Of a DNA stretch of 64,000 nucleotides, positions 63,308-64,000 are shown piece after piece. This DNA is from an uncultured virus (IMG/VR IMGVR_UViG_3300032321_001470) (taxonomy: Duplodnaviria; Heunggongvirae; Uroviricota; Caudoviricetes). The position numbers were made by a program, and so were the translations under genes. Location: the IMG/VR virus record IMGVR_UViG_3300032321_001470, one strand, 5' to 3'. The notes under the pieces were generated by a model, which was not told the DNA's origin, did not search any database, and worked only from the letters and a program-made list of their open reading frames with translations. How positions within the stretch are numbered: the first letter of the stretch is position 1; each line of letters opens with the position of its first letter.

Positions 63308-63709
63308 ATGAAGATTGATAAGTTTAAGGCGGTTGAAGAGTGGGTCGCTTCGGCTGCAATCGTCTTCGGTATCTCGCACTGGGAGATCGCAATCTCTAAA
63401 GACTTCGCTGACCCAGATGCCGATGCTGACATCGAAGTATCACCTCAGCGCAGCTACGCCGAGATGCGCTTGCAAAAAGATTTCTTCTCTTATGACCCAG
63501 AGAAGCAGCGTGTGACACTCTGCCACGAACTCGGACACATCGTCAACGCCGGAACGGATCGTGTCGTAGAGAACCTGGAGGAGACGTTGGGGAAGATTGG
63601 CTGGGCTACCTTCGAGCCAAACTATCTTGACGCTACTGAGCGCTCCACCGACCACTGGGCTCGTATCGTATCGCCACTGCTACCACTTCCCCAGTTCCCC
63701 AAGAGTTAA
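63308..63709 (+). CDS. Small HExxH zincin-like protein
   Basis: TLCHELGH...E. Confidence 0.7.
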   Translation: MKIDKFKAVEEWVASAAIVFGISHWEIAISKDFADPDADADIEVSPQRSYAEMRLQKDFFSYDPEKQRVTLCHELGHIVNAGTDRVVENLEETLGKIGWATFEPNYLDATERSTDHWARIVSPLLPLPQFPKS

Positions 63710-63712
63710 CTC

Positions 63713-64000
63713 GTGTCGTTCTCGGACCTCCCGTTCCTCCTCTCCTTTGGCGACGGTGTCGAATACGAACGCCTTGAGGATTGGGATGTGGTTGTCGCCA
63801 CTCTTAGCAGCGCCTGTACCGCCTATGACATTCCGCTCGCAGAGTTAGTGCTGCACTGCCATGGGGACGGGTACCCGCAGGCAGACCACCCGATTGGGGA
63901 GACGACATTCTCCGAGCGATCGATCCAGCTCTGCCGACCCGACATCCTGGTTGCGCTGCATGAGTTATCCCATGTGTGGCTTCAAGAGGCACACTCAAAG
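63713..64000 (+). CDS. Second HExxH zincin-like protein, truncated by the window edge (not in ORF track)
   Basis: GTG start; open to the end of the window; ...VALHELSHVWLQEAHSK. Confidence 0.6.
   Translation, partial: MSFSDLPFLLSFGDGVEYERLEDWDVVVATLSSACTAYDIPLAELVLHCHGDGYPQADHPIGETTFSERSIQLCRPDILVALHELSHVWLQEAHSK

Overview
The window is a nearly continuous stretch of a long-tailed dsDNA phage genome (Caudoviricetes, siphovirus-like). I see no host housekeeping genes, integrase, DNA polymerase or replicative helicase. Left to right: (1) 1-3170, a tandem array of at least six ~520-bp single-gene cassettes. Each unrelated small gene sits behind a copy of an ungapped 70-bp element containing a bipartite promoter-like motif and a covarying GGA-triloop hairpin at a fixed distance, flanked by a 5' stem-loop, TTAG repeats and a GC-rich hairpin. 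(2) 3.3-12.5 kb, a leftward replication/recombination operon (glycosyltransferase, MazG, SSB, RusA, DnaC-like loader, initiator, PD-(D/E)xK exonuclease, annealing protein, XRE HTH, HNH). (3) A portal with two extra C-terminal domains, divergent from a prohead protease-Dps-scaffold fusion, the major capsid and head-completion genes. (4) A lysis region and a leftward tail region with a 3708-aa Cys-free tape measure protein, chaperones with a -1 frameshift site and five related fibre genes. (5) Terminase genes about 37 kb from the portal. (6) An accessory region with FkbM methyltransferase, an Nmad1-like protein, two ParB-like proteins, a candidate origin, tRNA-Arg(TCT), a GDP-mannose epimerase-like gene, glycosyltransferases, thioredoxin and HExxH proteins. 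The cassette array is the strongest candidate for an undescribed system, and the protease-Dps fusion is second. All functional calls come from recognising motifs by eye; no searches were run.
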